Positions 38,135-47,349 of a stretch of DNA of 64,000 bases are shown here, piece after piece. Position numbers and translations under genes: made by a program. The notes under the pieces were generated by a model that ran no database searches, had not been told where the DNA came from, and saw only the letters and a list, made by a program, of their open reading frames with translations. The stretch's first letter is position 1. Every line of letters begins with the position of its first letter. Source of the stretch: an uncultured candidate division Zixibacteria bacterium (GTDB lineage Bacteria > Zixibacteria > MSB-5A5 > GN15 > FEB-12); the NCBI GenBank assembly GCA_963711085.1, contig CAVQCT010000002.1, positions 1,746,005 through 1,810,004 on the forward strand. Reading direction: 5' to 3'.

Positions 38135-40057
38135 CTATTGCAAAAAGTTCAATAATGACGGTTGAATGATCTTGGACGCCGCCAGCAGCGCCGCCTGATA
38201 GTTATTCTCGTAGGTCGAGAGCTGCGTAATGAGCGAGGTCATATCGGCGTCTTCCACCTCGGTCAGACGCTGCGTGAAGGTAAGCTGACGGTCGGTCAGC
38301 CGACTGTCCGTCCCCTGTAAACGAATGCCTTTGGCACCGTTCGAAGCGCGCCAGTTCAACAGGTTCTGGATGCTGTCATCGAGATTCTGCAGCAGCATTC
38401 CGGTGCCCGTCTGATCGTTGTTGTTCAGCGCATTTACCAAAACCAGCATCGACCCCATCATGTCGCTTGATCCGAAGACCCCCATGTCCTTGGCGGTGGT
38501 ACCGTTGCTGACATCTTCGATCGTCAGGGAGCGAGTCGGATCGTTGTTTACGATTTGAATTCCGGTGCCATCGGCATTGATCGAGGCGGTGATGTCAAGG
38601 CCCGAGTTATTTATCGTATCGAGCAAATCCTGGACCGTGGCAATCGACGGACTTCCCAAATCCAGGGTCCGGGTGGCATCCCCCTGCCAGATGACGATAC
38701 TGGACAGGTTGAATCCGGTACCATTGTTGAGGTCCGTCATATTCGAGGTAGCCAGCAGTACCGGGTTGAGATCTGCGCCTGCCTTGTCGCTGGAGATTTC
38801 TCCTTTGATTCCGAGATCGGCGGCGGTCGTGCCCGCTCCGGCCTCATCAATATTGAAGGCCACCTGCGGGTCGAGTGCCCGGCCGGTCAGTTGCGCACCG
38901 ACGTTGCCGGCGATTCCGAGATCACTGGCAATGCTGCTTACCGAGTCGATATCGGAAATCTGAAGTCCGAGCGGGGTACCGTTCGTATCGACGATCTCCA
39001 ATCCGGTGCCGGCGGCGTTGAGCTGCATGGTGACGTTGCTCACGCCGGCTGCCGCGACCTGGGTGTTGAATTTGGTGATAATGTCACCGACATTGGTTGA
39101 ACCGGAGAAATCGACATTAAAGTCAATGGCTCCGCCGTCCGAGACACGAACCTTTCCGGTTGACATATCAATACCGGCGCCGACGTTCAGCTTGTCGATA
39201 GAAGTCACGGCGCTGATCAGGCCGTTGGCTGTGGTATCCAGAAGAAGATTGTTCCCCTCTCCACCGAGTCCAACGGTCATATTGGTAATGCCGTCGGCTG
39301 CCAGTTGGGTATTGATCGTGGTGATCACATCGTCCAGCGTAGTGGCGCCGCTCAGATCTACGGTCGAAGTTATTCCCAGATTCTGATCGGTTATCGTGAT
39401 CGTTCCGGGTACCTGGCTTACTCCCTGTCCACTGTGTAGGTTGGCAAGTTCGGTCGCCGCAGTTACTCCCACATTGAGATCGGCATGTTCTCCGAGGATA
39501 GAGAGCTGTTTCAGGAAGACGTTCGAGCCCACCAGGTTGACTTGCATGTTGGTTGAAGTGTCGATCTCGAAGTTGAGCTGACCGGTATCGCCGTAGTAGC
39601 GCACCCCGTTGGCCGATGCTTTCAGGGCTTCGGTGCTCGTCTTGAACCCGGAGAAGAGATACTTATTTTGCTGCTGTGAATTTGCGAGCTGCATCATCTG
39701 ATCGAACAACGATTTGACTTCGTTGGCCGAAGCCTCCCGTGCCGCACTGTCGTAGGTACCGTTCGACATCGAGATAGCAATCTCTTTGGCACTGGAAACC
39801 ATGTTCTTGAGATCCGCGAGGACGGTATCATAGGTCTGATTCCAGCTCTGGCCCTGCGCGATATTCTTTCGATATTGGTCGGTTTTGGCAAGTTCCGTCC
39901 GGTAACCCAGATCACGGAGGATGCCGAGCGGGTCATCGGAGGGTGCATCGATCCGCCGTCCCGACGACATCTGGGTCTGCATGTCGAGGAACCGTTGTAA
40001 GGCCAGCTGGGCGTTGGTAGTCACCCGGTCGGCCATCATGTTATTAGTTACGCGCAT
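38135..40057 (-). CDS. flgL: Hook-filament junction protein FlgL (640 aa, about twice the usual size)
   Basis: N-terminal MRVTNNMMADRV...SSGRRIDAPSDDPLG. C-terminal flagellin-like helix. Three internal flagellin-IN-like repeats. Confidence 0.85.
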   Translation of the reverse strand: MRVTNNMMADRVTTNAQLALQRFLDMQTQMSSGRRIDAPSDDPLGILRDLGYRTELAKTDQYRKNIAQGQSWNQTYDTVLADLKNMVSSAKEIAISMSNGTYDSAAREASANEVKSLFDQMMQLANSQQQNKYLFSGFKTSTEALKASANGVRYYGDTGQLNFEIDTSTNMQVNLVGSNVFLKQLSILGEHADLNVGVTAATELANLHSGQGVSQVPGTITITDQNLGITSTVDLSGATTLDDVITTINTQLAADGITNMTVGLGGEGNNLLLDTTANGLISAVTSIDKLNVGAGIDMSTGKVRVSDGGAIDFNVDFSGSTNVGDIITKFNTQVAAAGVSNVTMQLNAAGTGLEIVDTNGTPLGLQISDIDSVSSIASDLGIAGNVGAQLTGRALDPQVAFNIDEAGAGTTAADLGIKGEISSDKAGADLNPVLLATSNMTDLNNGTGFNLSSIVIWQGDATRTLDLGSPSIATVQDLLDTINNSGLDITASINADGTGIQIVNNDPTRSLTIEDVSNGTTAKDMGVFGSSDMMGSMLVLVNALNNNDQTGTGMLLQNLDDSIQNLLNWRASNGAKGIRLQGTDSRLTDRQLTFTQRLTEVEDADMTSLITQLSTYENNYQAALLAASKIIQPSLLNFLQ

Positions 40058-40089
40058 AGCTCAGTCCTTCGATCACCCTTGAGTTCTGT

Positions 40090-40413
40090 TCATTCATTCG
40101 TCCGGTTCTGGTTCGGTCGCCGGTTCGGCGGAGTTTTTTCCTTGTAGTCGATTTCGGGCGGCTGACCCTTCCCCTTTCCGGTAATCTTATCTTTGAGGAG
40201 TTCCACCATACCTTTGAGATCTCCAGTGATAGACTTCGAAGCCTTGCGGTTTTCCTCCTGGATCTTGACGTAGATCTCTTCCCGGTGGACAACCACGTTC
40301 ATTGGCGCCTCGATGCCTATTCGTACCTGTCGGCCATGGATCCCCAGCACCGAGACTTTGATATTGTCTCCGATATTGATGGACTCACCCAACTTCCTTG
40401 TCAAAATAAGCAC
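40090..40413 (-). CDS. csrA: Carbon storage regulator CsrA with ~50-aa C-terminal extension
   Basis: GTG start. [48 protein letters not shown], then a Lys/Pro/Asn-rich tail. AAGGAGGG SD. Confidence 0.9.
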   Translation of the reverse strand: MLILTRKLGESINIGDNIKVSVLGIHGRQVRIGIEAPMNVVVHREEIYVKIQEENRKASKSITGDLKGMVELLKDKITGKGKGQPPEIDYKEKTPPNRRPNQNRTNE

Positions 40414-40454
40414 GTAACCCTCCTTGGCGTTTTCATGCTCGTCGTTTCAGATGT

Positions 40455-41852
40455 TTATCGACCAACGATTCCCATGCCGGAGATTACCGTATCGAGGGCC
40501 TGATCCATGGCCGTAATCACCCGCGCCGCTGCGTCGTACGCATGCTGGTACTTAATCATGTTGGTCATTTCCTCGTCCAGAGATACACCCTGAACGGACT
40601 GTCTTGCGTAGTCAATTTGCTGCACCAGCAGATCGGAGTTGGCCGAGACCGTCTGGGCCTCGTTGCTCTCGACGCCCAAGGCGCCGACGACTGAGTTGTA
40701 GTAGTCATTCATGCTGGTGGTGTTGTTATCCATTACTCCCTGGCTGCGCAGGGCGCCGATGGCCAGGGCAATGGTGTTGTCACCCTGTTCGCCCGAGGCC
40801 GAAGCCACGACTTTCGAGGGATCGTTTTCGATTTCATTGTTGACTTCGATATTGGCGGCATCGGTCAAAGTCGGATTGAAGAAATCGACACCGGTCGTGC
40901 CGTTTAGCCCGTAGCCGCTTTGATGCAAACTGTTAACCTGAGACACGAAGGTCGAAGCGAGATTGTTCAGCTTATCGAGATAGCCCGGAATGATCTTGTC
41001 GCGTGCTTCCATGAGACCTGCAAGCTGCCCCCCGGAATTCTTGAGCGAAATATCGGTACCCTGCCACACGAGACTGTGGATAGCAGCGCCGTCAACATTG
41101 CTCACTTTCGAATCGATTTTAATAGTATCGTTGCCGTTTACCAGCGACATCGATCCGATATATACCGTTACTTCGCCGTTGGGCTGCTCTTTGGAGTTCA
41201 CGTCGATAATCTTGGACAGATCGTCCAGGAGCAGATCGCGGCTGTCGCGGAGATCGTTGGCTTTGGCGTTTCCGAGTTCAAGCGATTTGATCTGCTGATT
41301 GATCGACGCAATTTGCGAGGTGATCCGATTGACCTCCTGAACCAGGTTGGTCATGTCGGCGTCAATCGAACTGCGCAGGCTGTTCAGCTGGGTGGCCATC
41401 TGGTGGAATCCGTTGGTCAGCAGTTTGGCCTGCTCGACAATTTGAGCCCGACTGCTGGCCGAATCGGGGCTGGTCGAAAGGTCTGACCAGGAATCCCAGA
41501 ATTTGTTCATGAGATCTGACAGGGTGTTGTCATTCGGTTCGTTGAAGAGCGACTCCACCTCTGAAAAGACTTTTTCTTTGTACTGCCACTGCCCGAGCGA
41601 CTTGTTCTGCTGACGGTACTGTTGGCCGAGGAACAGATCTCTGGCCTGCTGGATATCACTGACGGTGACACCGGAGCCGAGAATACCAATGGCCGACACT
41701 TCGGGCAGAGTGGTGGTTATGTTGACCCTCTGGCGTGAATAACCGGGCGTATTTACGTTGGCGATGTTATTGCTGATCGTCTGAAGCGCCAGCTGATGGG
41801 TTAGCAGAGCGCTCCGTCCTATTTCCAATCCCTGGAACAAACCCGGCATCAT
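40455..41852 (-). CDS. flgK: Hook-associated protein FlgK
   Basis: 465 aa. GLEIGRSALLTHQLALQTISNNIANVNTPGYSRQ. C-terminal EEMTNMIKYQHAYDAAARV. Confidence 0.9.
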   Translation of the reverse strand: MMPGLFQGLEIGRSALLTHQLALQTISNNIANVNTPGYSRQRVNITTTLPEVSAIGILGSGVTVSDIQQARDLFLGQQYRQQNKSLGQWQYKEKVFSEVESLFNEPNDNTLSDLMNKFWDSWSDLSTSPDSASSRAQIVEQAKLLTNGFHQMATQLNSLRSSIDADMTNLVQEVNRITSQIASINQQIKSLELGNAKANDLRDSRDLLLDDLSKIIDVNSKEQPNGEVTVYIGSMSLVNGNDTIKIDSKVSNVDGAAIHSLVWQGTDISLKNSGGQLAGLMEARDKIIPGYLDKLNNLASTFVSQVNSLHQSGYGLNGTTGVDFFNPTLTDAANIEVNNEIENDPSKVVASASGEQGDNTIALAIGALRSQGVMDNNTTSMNDYYNSVVGALGVESNEAQTVSANSDLLVQQIDYARQSVQGVSLDEEMTNMIKYQHAYDAAARVITAMDQALDTVISGMGIVGR

Positions 41853-42334
41853 GCCCTCCTGTCTACCGCGACGGTCCGGCTGTCTTCTTTTTGACTTCCG
41901 GACGCGGAGTATGTTGCCGGCGTCCCCTGAATGCGCGAAAGCATTTCCATCGTCTTCATGATGTATTCGCGCGACCGGTTCAGCAGCATCGCGTTCTGGT
42001 TGCGGGTGTTATTGATCTGTTCGCTCAGATCGAGAATGATCTTTTGAAGGCGCTGAAGGCGGTCGGCCTGCGACTGGTCCACGATGTCGAGCAGCCGGGT
42101 CACATTCAGGTCTCCCTCGATATGGTTGGCGGTCTTTATCGCCTCCACCAGTTCGAGACGCTTCTTATTAAGAAGCTGGCTCTGAATCAGCTTCTCGCGC
42201 TGCAGATCGGTGACGCGGGTGAGACCGTCAACGTCGTTCTCAACCAGCATCCGTTTCTGCTGCTCCAAGAGTTCAAGGAAGGATTCGAAAAGAGCGGCTT
42301 CCTTGCCGATGATGTCAATTAGAGTGTTGACCAT
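41849..42334 (-). CDS. flgN: FlgK/FlgL chaperone FlgN
   Basis: 161 aa. LFESFLELLEQQKRMLVENDVDGL. 4-nt overlap with flgK. Confidence 0.75.
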   Translation of the reverse strand: MVNTLIDIIGKEAALFESFLELLEQQKRMLVENDVDGLTRVTDLQREKLIQSQLLNKKRLELVEAIKTANHIEGDLNVTRLLDIVDQSQADRLQRLQKIILDLSEQINNTRNQNAMLLNRSREYIMKTMEMLSRIQGTPATYSASGSQKEDSRTVAVDRRA

Positions 42335-42365
42335 ATCCTATACTTCTTGATAGATGTTTCCAACA

Positions 42366-43324
42366 TTAGTTATCGGTTGTTTCAAAATGGACTTTAGCCG
42401 GGTCGGCCGGAGTTCCGGCAGCGATCGTCTTGAGCGTGTCCAAGACTTTGTTGACATAGTCGGTCGTTTCCTTAAACGGAGGGACGCCGCCGTACTTCTC
42501 CACATTCCCCGGTCCCGCATTGTAAGCGGCCAATCCGAGCTTGACCGAGCCGAAGCGATCGATCAGGTTGCGAAGATATTTGCTGCCGGCAGTGATGTTC
42601 TCCCCTGGGTCGAAAACCTGCTTCACGCCGTAATCGGTGGCGGTCGAATCGGAAAGCTGCATCAATCCCTTCGCGCCGGCGGCCGAAACGGCCTGGGGAT
42701 TGCCCGATGATTCCGCCTGGATGACCGAAATAATCAGCGCCGGATCGAGCGATGACCGTTTGGCTGCTTCATCGATATGCTGGCCGAATTTTGAAAGAAT
42801 CGTGTCACCGGCCACTGACCTCGGGCGGCTCGGGGCAGGAAGGAATTTGGTCGGATTGGCGTCGATCTTGATCTGCTTCTCCGGTTTGGTCAACTGCTGA
42901 AAGTCGTTCTTCCGAAGCTCGATCGGTCCCGTTTTCTCCGGTTTGAGCGGCTTTATGTCAAGCGGCTTATTCACTCCCCCTTCCTGTGCCACCAGCACCT
43001 TTTCCATCGATTTATAGAGCATCTCAGAAATGGAGTTGCGGCCACCGGTCGCCATCTTGTCGGACATCTGCATGTCGAACATTTGCGTGAAGATGTCCTT
43101 CCCCATACCACCAGAGAACAGGCCGTCCTTCTCGGTCTGGGAGTCGGGGATGGTCTCGCGCATTGTCTTCAGCATCTGGTACATGAAGAATGACTCGAAC
43201 GCTTTGTCGCCTTCTTGAGTCTCGCCTTCTCCCCTTCGAGAGTAGTGGGCTTTTCCTCTTTAAGCCGCTCGACATCGCCAAGCGATGGAGCCGCAATACT
43301 GGCTGTGGCCGAACTAATATCCAT
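42366..43324 (-). CDS. flgJ: FlgJ: rod-binding domain fused to SLT lytic transglycosylase, apparent 1-nt frameshift near 43203
   Basis: ATG at 43324 overlaps the flgI stop (TGATG) and gives MDISSATASIAAPSLGDVERLKEEKPTTLEGEKARLKKATK. The downstream frame continues (A)FESFFMYQMLKTMRE. SLT motifs AESSGNP, GLMQL, AYNAGPGNV. Confidence 0.75.
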
Positions 43325-44460
43325 CAGAGAATGATCAGCTCCGATCTGAGCGCTCCCGCTTGCTTCAGGGCCTGGAAGATGGCGATAATGTCGCGCGGGG
43401 TGGCGCCGATTTTGTTCAGAGCATTGGCGATGTCTGACAGCTCCACCGACCGGTCAAGATTCACCACGTGGGCAACCTCATCCTGCACATTGATCCGCGA
43501 GTCCTGCGTCACCACCGTCTGACCCTGGCTGAAGGCCTCGGGTTGAGAGATGACCGGGGTCGACTGGATATTGACCGTAATAGTGCCGTGAGCAATGGCC
43601 ACCGGCTCGATTGTCACATGTTCGCCGGCAACGATTGTGCCGGTTTTTTCGTTAATTACCACTCTGGCCGGATTGTCCGGAGTAACGGTCAACTGGCCAA
43701 CATCGGAAATGAATCGGGCCCGGTAGTTGGTTTCGTTTAAGGAATCCGGCAGCTCGAGCTTAACCGTACCGGCATCGATCGCATAAGCGGTCGTTCCGTA
43801 GGTGTTATTGACCTGCTGAGCAATTCTGTTGGCGGTAGTGAAGTCGGGATCTCTCAGGGCAAGGAAAATTTCCTTTTCACTGCCGGCCGGTGCTTCGACC
43901 CCCGCGGTTATTTTCCCTCCGTTAGGGACTCTTCCGACCAACGTGTAGTTGTTGACGATCTTGTTGGCGTCATCGACCTTGACGTTGAATCCGCCGATCG
44001 AGACCGGGCCCTGAGCGATGGCCCGGACTTTCCCTTCCTCATCGGCAAGCGGCGTCAGCAGGAGGGTTCCTCCCTGCAATGACGAAGCGTCGCCAACGGA
44101 CGAGACGGTGATATCGAAATAGGTCCCGTCTTTCTGAAAACTGTTGATCTTGCCGGTTATCATGACGGCGGCGACATTCTTGACTTTGACCTTGGTCGGG
44201 TCGACCGTCAGGCCCATCCGCTCCATCATGTTGGTGAGCGCCTGGGTGGTAAACTGGGTTCCGTTACCGTCGCCGGATCCGTCGAGACCGATAACGAGGC
44301 CATAGCCGATCAGATCGGATTCCTGCTTATTCTGAAAATCGCAGATATCTTTGATCCGGACTTTGGAGGCTTGGGCCGGAGTGCAGAAAGTCACCAGGAG
44401 CAGCAAGACAAACGACAATCCGGCCGGCGAAGCCAGTCGATTCAGTGCAAGTGGCATCAT
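43324..44460 (-). CDS. flgI: Flagellar P-ring protein FlgI
   Basis: 378 aa. Signal peptide, RIKDICDFQ, LIGYGLVIGLDGSGD, GGTLL.TPL. Confidence 0.95.
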   Translation of the reverse strand: MMPLALNRLASPAGLSFVLLLLVTFCTPAQASKVRIKDICDFQNKQESDLIGYGLVIGLDGSGDGNGTQFTTQALTNMMERMGLTVDPTKVKVKNVAAVMITGKINSFQKDGTYFDITVSSVGDASSLQGGTLLLTPLADEEGKVRAIAQGPVSIGGFNVKVDDANKIVNNYTLVGRVPNGGKITAGVEAPAGSEKEIFLALRDPDFTTANRIAQQVNNTYGTTAYAIDAGTVKLELPDSLNETNYRARFISDVGQLTVTPDNPARVVINEKTGTIVAGEHVTIEPVAIAHGTITVNIQSTPVISQPEAFSQGQTVVTQDSRINVQDEVAHVVNLDRSVELSDIANALNKIGATPRDIIAIFQALKQAGALRSELIIL

Positions 44461-44468
44461 GGCTCCTC

Positions 44469-45051
44469 CTAGAATATCCAGTTAAATAGTCGGGTGAAGA
44501 AGCCGGGGCGGGCTCCGGTCGAAGCAGCTCCCTTGCCGTTGTAATGAATCTCGGCATCGGCGATCAGATAGGAATCTATCGTGTTGTCGGGCGTGATATC
44601 TTTTTGGCGCACCACTCCGCTCAGCATGCAGCGTCTCCTTGTCATTGGAGATCCCGAGAGTACGTGAGCCCTCGATCACCAGGTCGCCGTTGTCTTTGAC
44701 AGCTACTACCGTCACCGACATCTTGGCGCGGAGCGATCCGTCGCGGGTGTTCTGCCCCTTGCCGTCGAACGTATTACTGTTGGCGCCGTCGGCGCTGAAC
44801 AACGGGATAAAATCGAGCGGTCCTACACCCGGGCCGCCGGATACCGAGGACTTGGTCGATTTTTCGGTTTTCGTTTCGACATTGCTCGATGCTTTGTTCT
44901 GCTCGTAAATGAGCACGGTGAGGATGTCTCCCACTTTGTTCGCCTTGATGTCAGAATACAGCGAACGAGCCTGCCCGAAATCGCCGCCGTAGATCTTGAT
45001 GGCGAACGGCAGGAGCAGGAGCAAAATCAGAATTGCGAGAAATTTCTTCAT
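44469..45051 (-). CDS. flgH: Flagellar L-ring protein FlgH, apparent 1-nt frameshift near 44628
   Basis: Frame A (track 44482..45051) is FlgH-like up to LVIEGSRTLGISNDKETL, then turns to junk. The +1 frame gives MLSGVVRQKDITPDNTIDSYLIADAEIHYNGKGAASTGARPGFFTRLFNWIF*, ending at 44469. Confidence 0.85.
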
Positions 45052-45074
45052 TGGTTTACACCTTTGTTAGGGTC

Positions 45075-45767
45075 CTATGGCGTGACGGCGACTTCCTTGT
45101 CGTCGATAATCTTTCCGGTAATCACCTTATTGGTTGATTTGTTTTTGATCCTTACGTAATCCCCTCTGATCCCTTCCTGCATGGCGATACCGGGAGCGGT
45201 GACGCGACAGAGTCCGTCATCGTACACGATCAGAACTTCCCGTCCGATCTGGATGTCGGGAACCTGCTCGAACGCCGGCAGCGTGAGAATCATCCCCTTG
45301 CGGATGTTGCGTTTCGCCCAGGTCCCGGTCACTTCATCGAGATTCGTCACCGCCTGCTCCCGCAGATTGGTGACATCCATTCTCTGGATCGTGAGACGGT
45401 CGGGTGAAAGGCGGTCATGTCGCTTGAATGTGTCGGTCGTAACCGCAACATCGGCATACTTGGTGATCCGGGTGCGGACTTCGCCTGTTTCGACTGACTC
45501 TCCTTTCACGGAGAGGGTCGCGAGTACGGTGAACAGACCGACCGGATCGCTCAGGGTGAGTGGTTTGATCGAGAGATCCTCGGGACGGATATCTTTCGAC
45601 TGGAGCCGGTTTGAGAGAATCTCGATCTGATATGACGAACTGTCGAGCGAATAGGTGGTCATGATTCGGTCGATTATCGCCTGGTCGCACGATTCAGCCA
45701 GGACGGCGGACACAAGAAGGCTCATCACGATCAGGATGAGTATGAGAATTCTGATAATTGTCTTCAT
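45075..45767 (-). CDS. flgA: P-ring assembly chaperone FlgA
   Basis: 230 aa. Signal peptide, SAF-like C-terminal region (AKRNIRKGMILT...GIRGDYVRIKN..TNKVITGKI). Confidence 0.8.
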   Translation of the reverse strand: MKTIIRILILILIVMSLLVSAVLAESCDQAIIDRIMTTYSLDSSSYQIEILSNRLQSKDIRPEDLSIKPLTLSDPVGLFTVLATLSVKGESVETGEVRTRITKYADVAVTTDTFKRHDRLSPDRLTIQRMDVTNLREQAVTNLDEVTGTWAKRNIRKGMILTLPAFEQVPDIQIGREVLIVYDDGLCRVTAPGIAMQEGIRGDYVRIKNKSTNKVITGKIIDDKEVAVTP

Positions 45768-45769
45768 GG

Positions 45770-46561
45770 CTATGCCCTCTTCAGGCTGTTGGCGATCTGG
45801 GCCATGTCATCGGCCGTCTGTATCGCCTTGGAGTTCATCTCATAGGCGCGCTGGGCGACAATCATGTTGACCATCTCGTCAACCACCTTGACGTTGGACA
45901 TTTCGAGATATCCCTGATTGAGCTGACCGAGGCCGCTCTGGGTCGGGAGATCGGTGATCGGCTCTCCGGAAGCCACGGTCTTGACCAGCAGGTTGCGTCC
46001 GATTGCCGAGAGACCGGCCGGATTGATAAAGCGGGCCAGTTCGATCTGTCCAAGCTGAACCGGGGTGTCGTTACCAACCTGCTTCACTTCGACCGTGCCG
46101 TCGGTACCGACCGAAATCGATTCGGCGTCGGTAGGAATGGTGATTTCAGGGAGCATCGGATATCCCTCGGACGTGACGATTCTTCCGTCGCCGGAGATTT
46201 TGAACGTTCCGTCACGGGTGTAGGCGGTGGTGCCGTCCGGATACTGGATCTGATAGAACCCGTCGCCTTCGATGGCGATATCAAGCGGGTTGCCCGTCGA
46301 TGTCAAATCCCCTTCGGTGAATTCCCGGTTGGTGGACACCGCTTTGGTGCCGTAGCCGATCGCCAGCTCCGTCGGAGCTTCGGATCCAACCGCCGTCACG
46401 GTTCCCGCCTTGCGGAAGTTTTGGTAGAGGACATCCTGGAACTCCACCTTGCTTTTCTTGAAGCCGGTGGTGTTAACGTTGGCAAGATTGTTAGCGATGT
46501 TGTCGACGTTCATCTGCTGGGCGATCATTCCGGTCGCCGCGGTACGCATCGCTTTGATCAT
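45770..46561 (-). CDS. flgG: Distal rod protein FlgG
   Basis: 263 aa. MIKAMRTAATGMIAQQMNVDNIANNLANVNTTGFKK. C-terminal GYLEMSNVKVVDEMVNMIVAQRAYE. Confidence 0.95.
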   Translation of the reverse strand: MIKAMRTAATGMIAQQMNVDNIANNLANVNTTGFKKSKVEFQDVLYQNFRKAGTVTAVGSEAPTELAIGYGTKAVSTNREFTEGDLTSTGNPLDIAIEGDGFYQIQYPDGTTAYTRDGTFKISGDGRIVTSEGYPMLPEITIPTDAESISVGTDGTVEVKQVGNDTPVQLGQIELARFINPAGLSAIGRNLLVKTVASGEPITDLPTQSGLGQLNQGYLEMSNVKVVDEMVNMIVAQRAYEMNSKAIQTADDMAQIANSLKRA

Positions 46562-46591
46562 CTCAACCTCCTATGTTTATTCTCTTATGTG

Positions 46592-47326
46592 CTAACTTTT
46601 TGGCGCTACCCGGTTGAACAGATTGTCCAGGGTCTGATCCTGCACCTGCACCGATTTGGAATCGGATTCGTAATTCCGGAAGGAGATGATCATATCGATC
46701 ATCTCGCGCACGATATCGACATTGGATTCTTCCAGGAATCCCTGTTGAATGCGAGAGTGCGTTACTGCTTGCGGCTCCACCCCGTTCGGGACGGCGAAGA
46801 CTGAGCTGCCGACTTTCTCAAGTTGACTGACATCGGGAACCGATACCGGCACGATCTTGCCGACAATATTGTCGTTCACCTGCACCGTTCCGTCCTGACC
46901 GATCAGGATATCTCCACCCTGTCCGACTTCAATAGGTCCGCCCTCGCCCATAAGCAGGGCGCCTCCCGGAAATTCAATCTGACCCTGAGCGTTTACAGAA
47001 AATGTCCCCGCCCGAGTCAGACCGACAGATCCGTCCGGGAGCTGAAGGCGAAAGAACCCGTCGCCGTCGATTGCCAGATCGAGCTGGTTGCCGGTCCGAT
47101 CGAATACCCCGGGAGCGAAATTGGTGTACACTTCGTCCACCATCGGCTGCTCCCAATCGGACTTCGTTGCAACCCGCTTCTTCTCGGCACGGGACAACTC
47201 TTTCGTAAAGAGGGTGTCTTTCTTGTAGCCTGGAGTTGAAGCGTTAGCCAGGTTGTTGGCCGTCAACTCCTGCTTTTTTATCCGCGGAATCATCGCGGAC
47301 GCTGATGTATAGATTCCTTTAATCAT
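46592..47326 (-). CDS. flgF: Proximal rod protein FlgF
   Basis: Start at MIKGIYTSASAM (GGAG SD). The track's 13-codon extension covers the sigma54 promoter. C-terminal GFLEESNVDIVREMIDMIISFRNYE. Confidence 0.85.
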   Translation of the reverse strand: MIKGIYTSASAMIPRIKKQELTANNLANASTPGYKKDTLFTKELSRAEKKRVATKSDWEQPMVDEVYTNFAPGVFDRTGNQLDLAIDGDGFFRLQLPDGSVGLTRAGTFSVNAQGQIEFPGGALLMGEGGPIEVGQGGDILIGQDGTVQVNDNIVGKIVPVSVPDVSQLEKVGSSVFAVPNGVEPQAVTHSRIQQGFLEESNVDIVREMIDMIISFRNYESDSKSVQVQDQTLDNLFNRVAPKS

Positions 47327-47349
47327 AGTATACTCCGGGGATACGTAAA

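Noticed and set aside
43024-43296. 90-aa minus-strand ORF overlapping the flgJ 5' region.
   Set aside because: The translation is Arg-rich junk. It is explained as the third frame around the flgJ frameshift site.
44327-44557. 76-aa minus-strand ORF spanning the flgH/flgI junction.
   Set aside because: It is out of frame with both real genes. The true FlgH C-terminus is in the other frame and ends at 44469.
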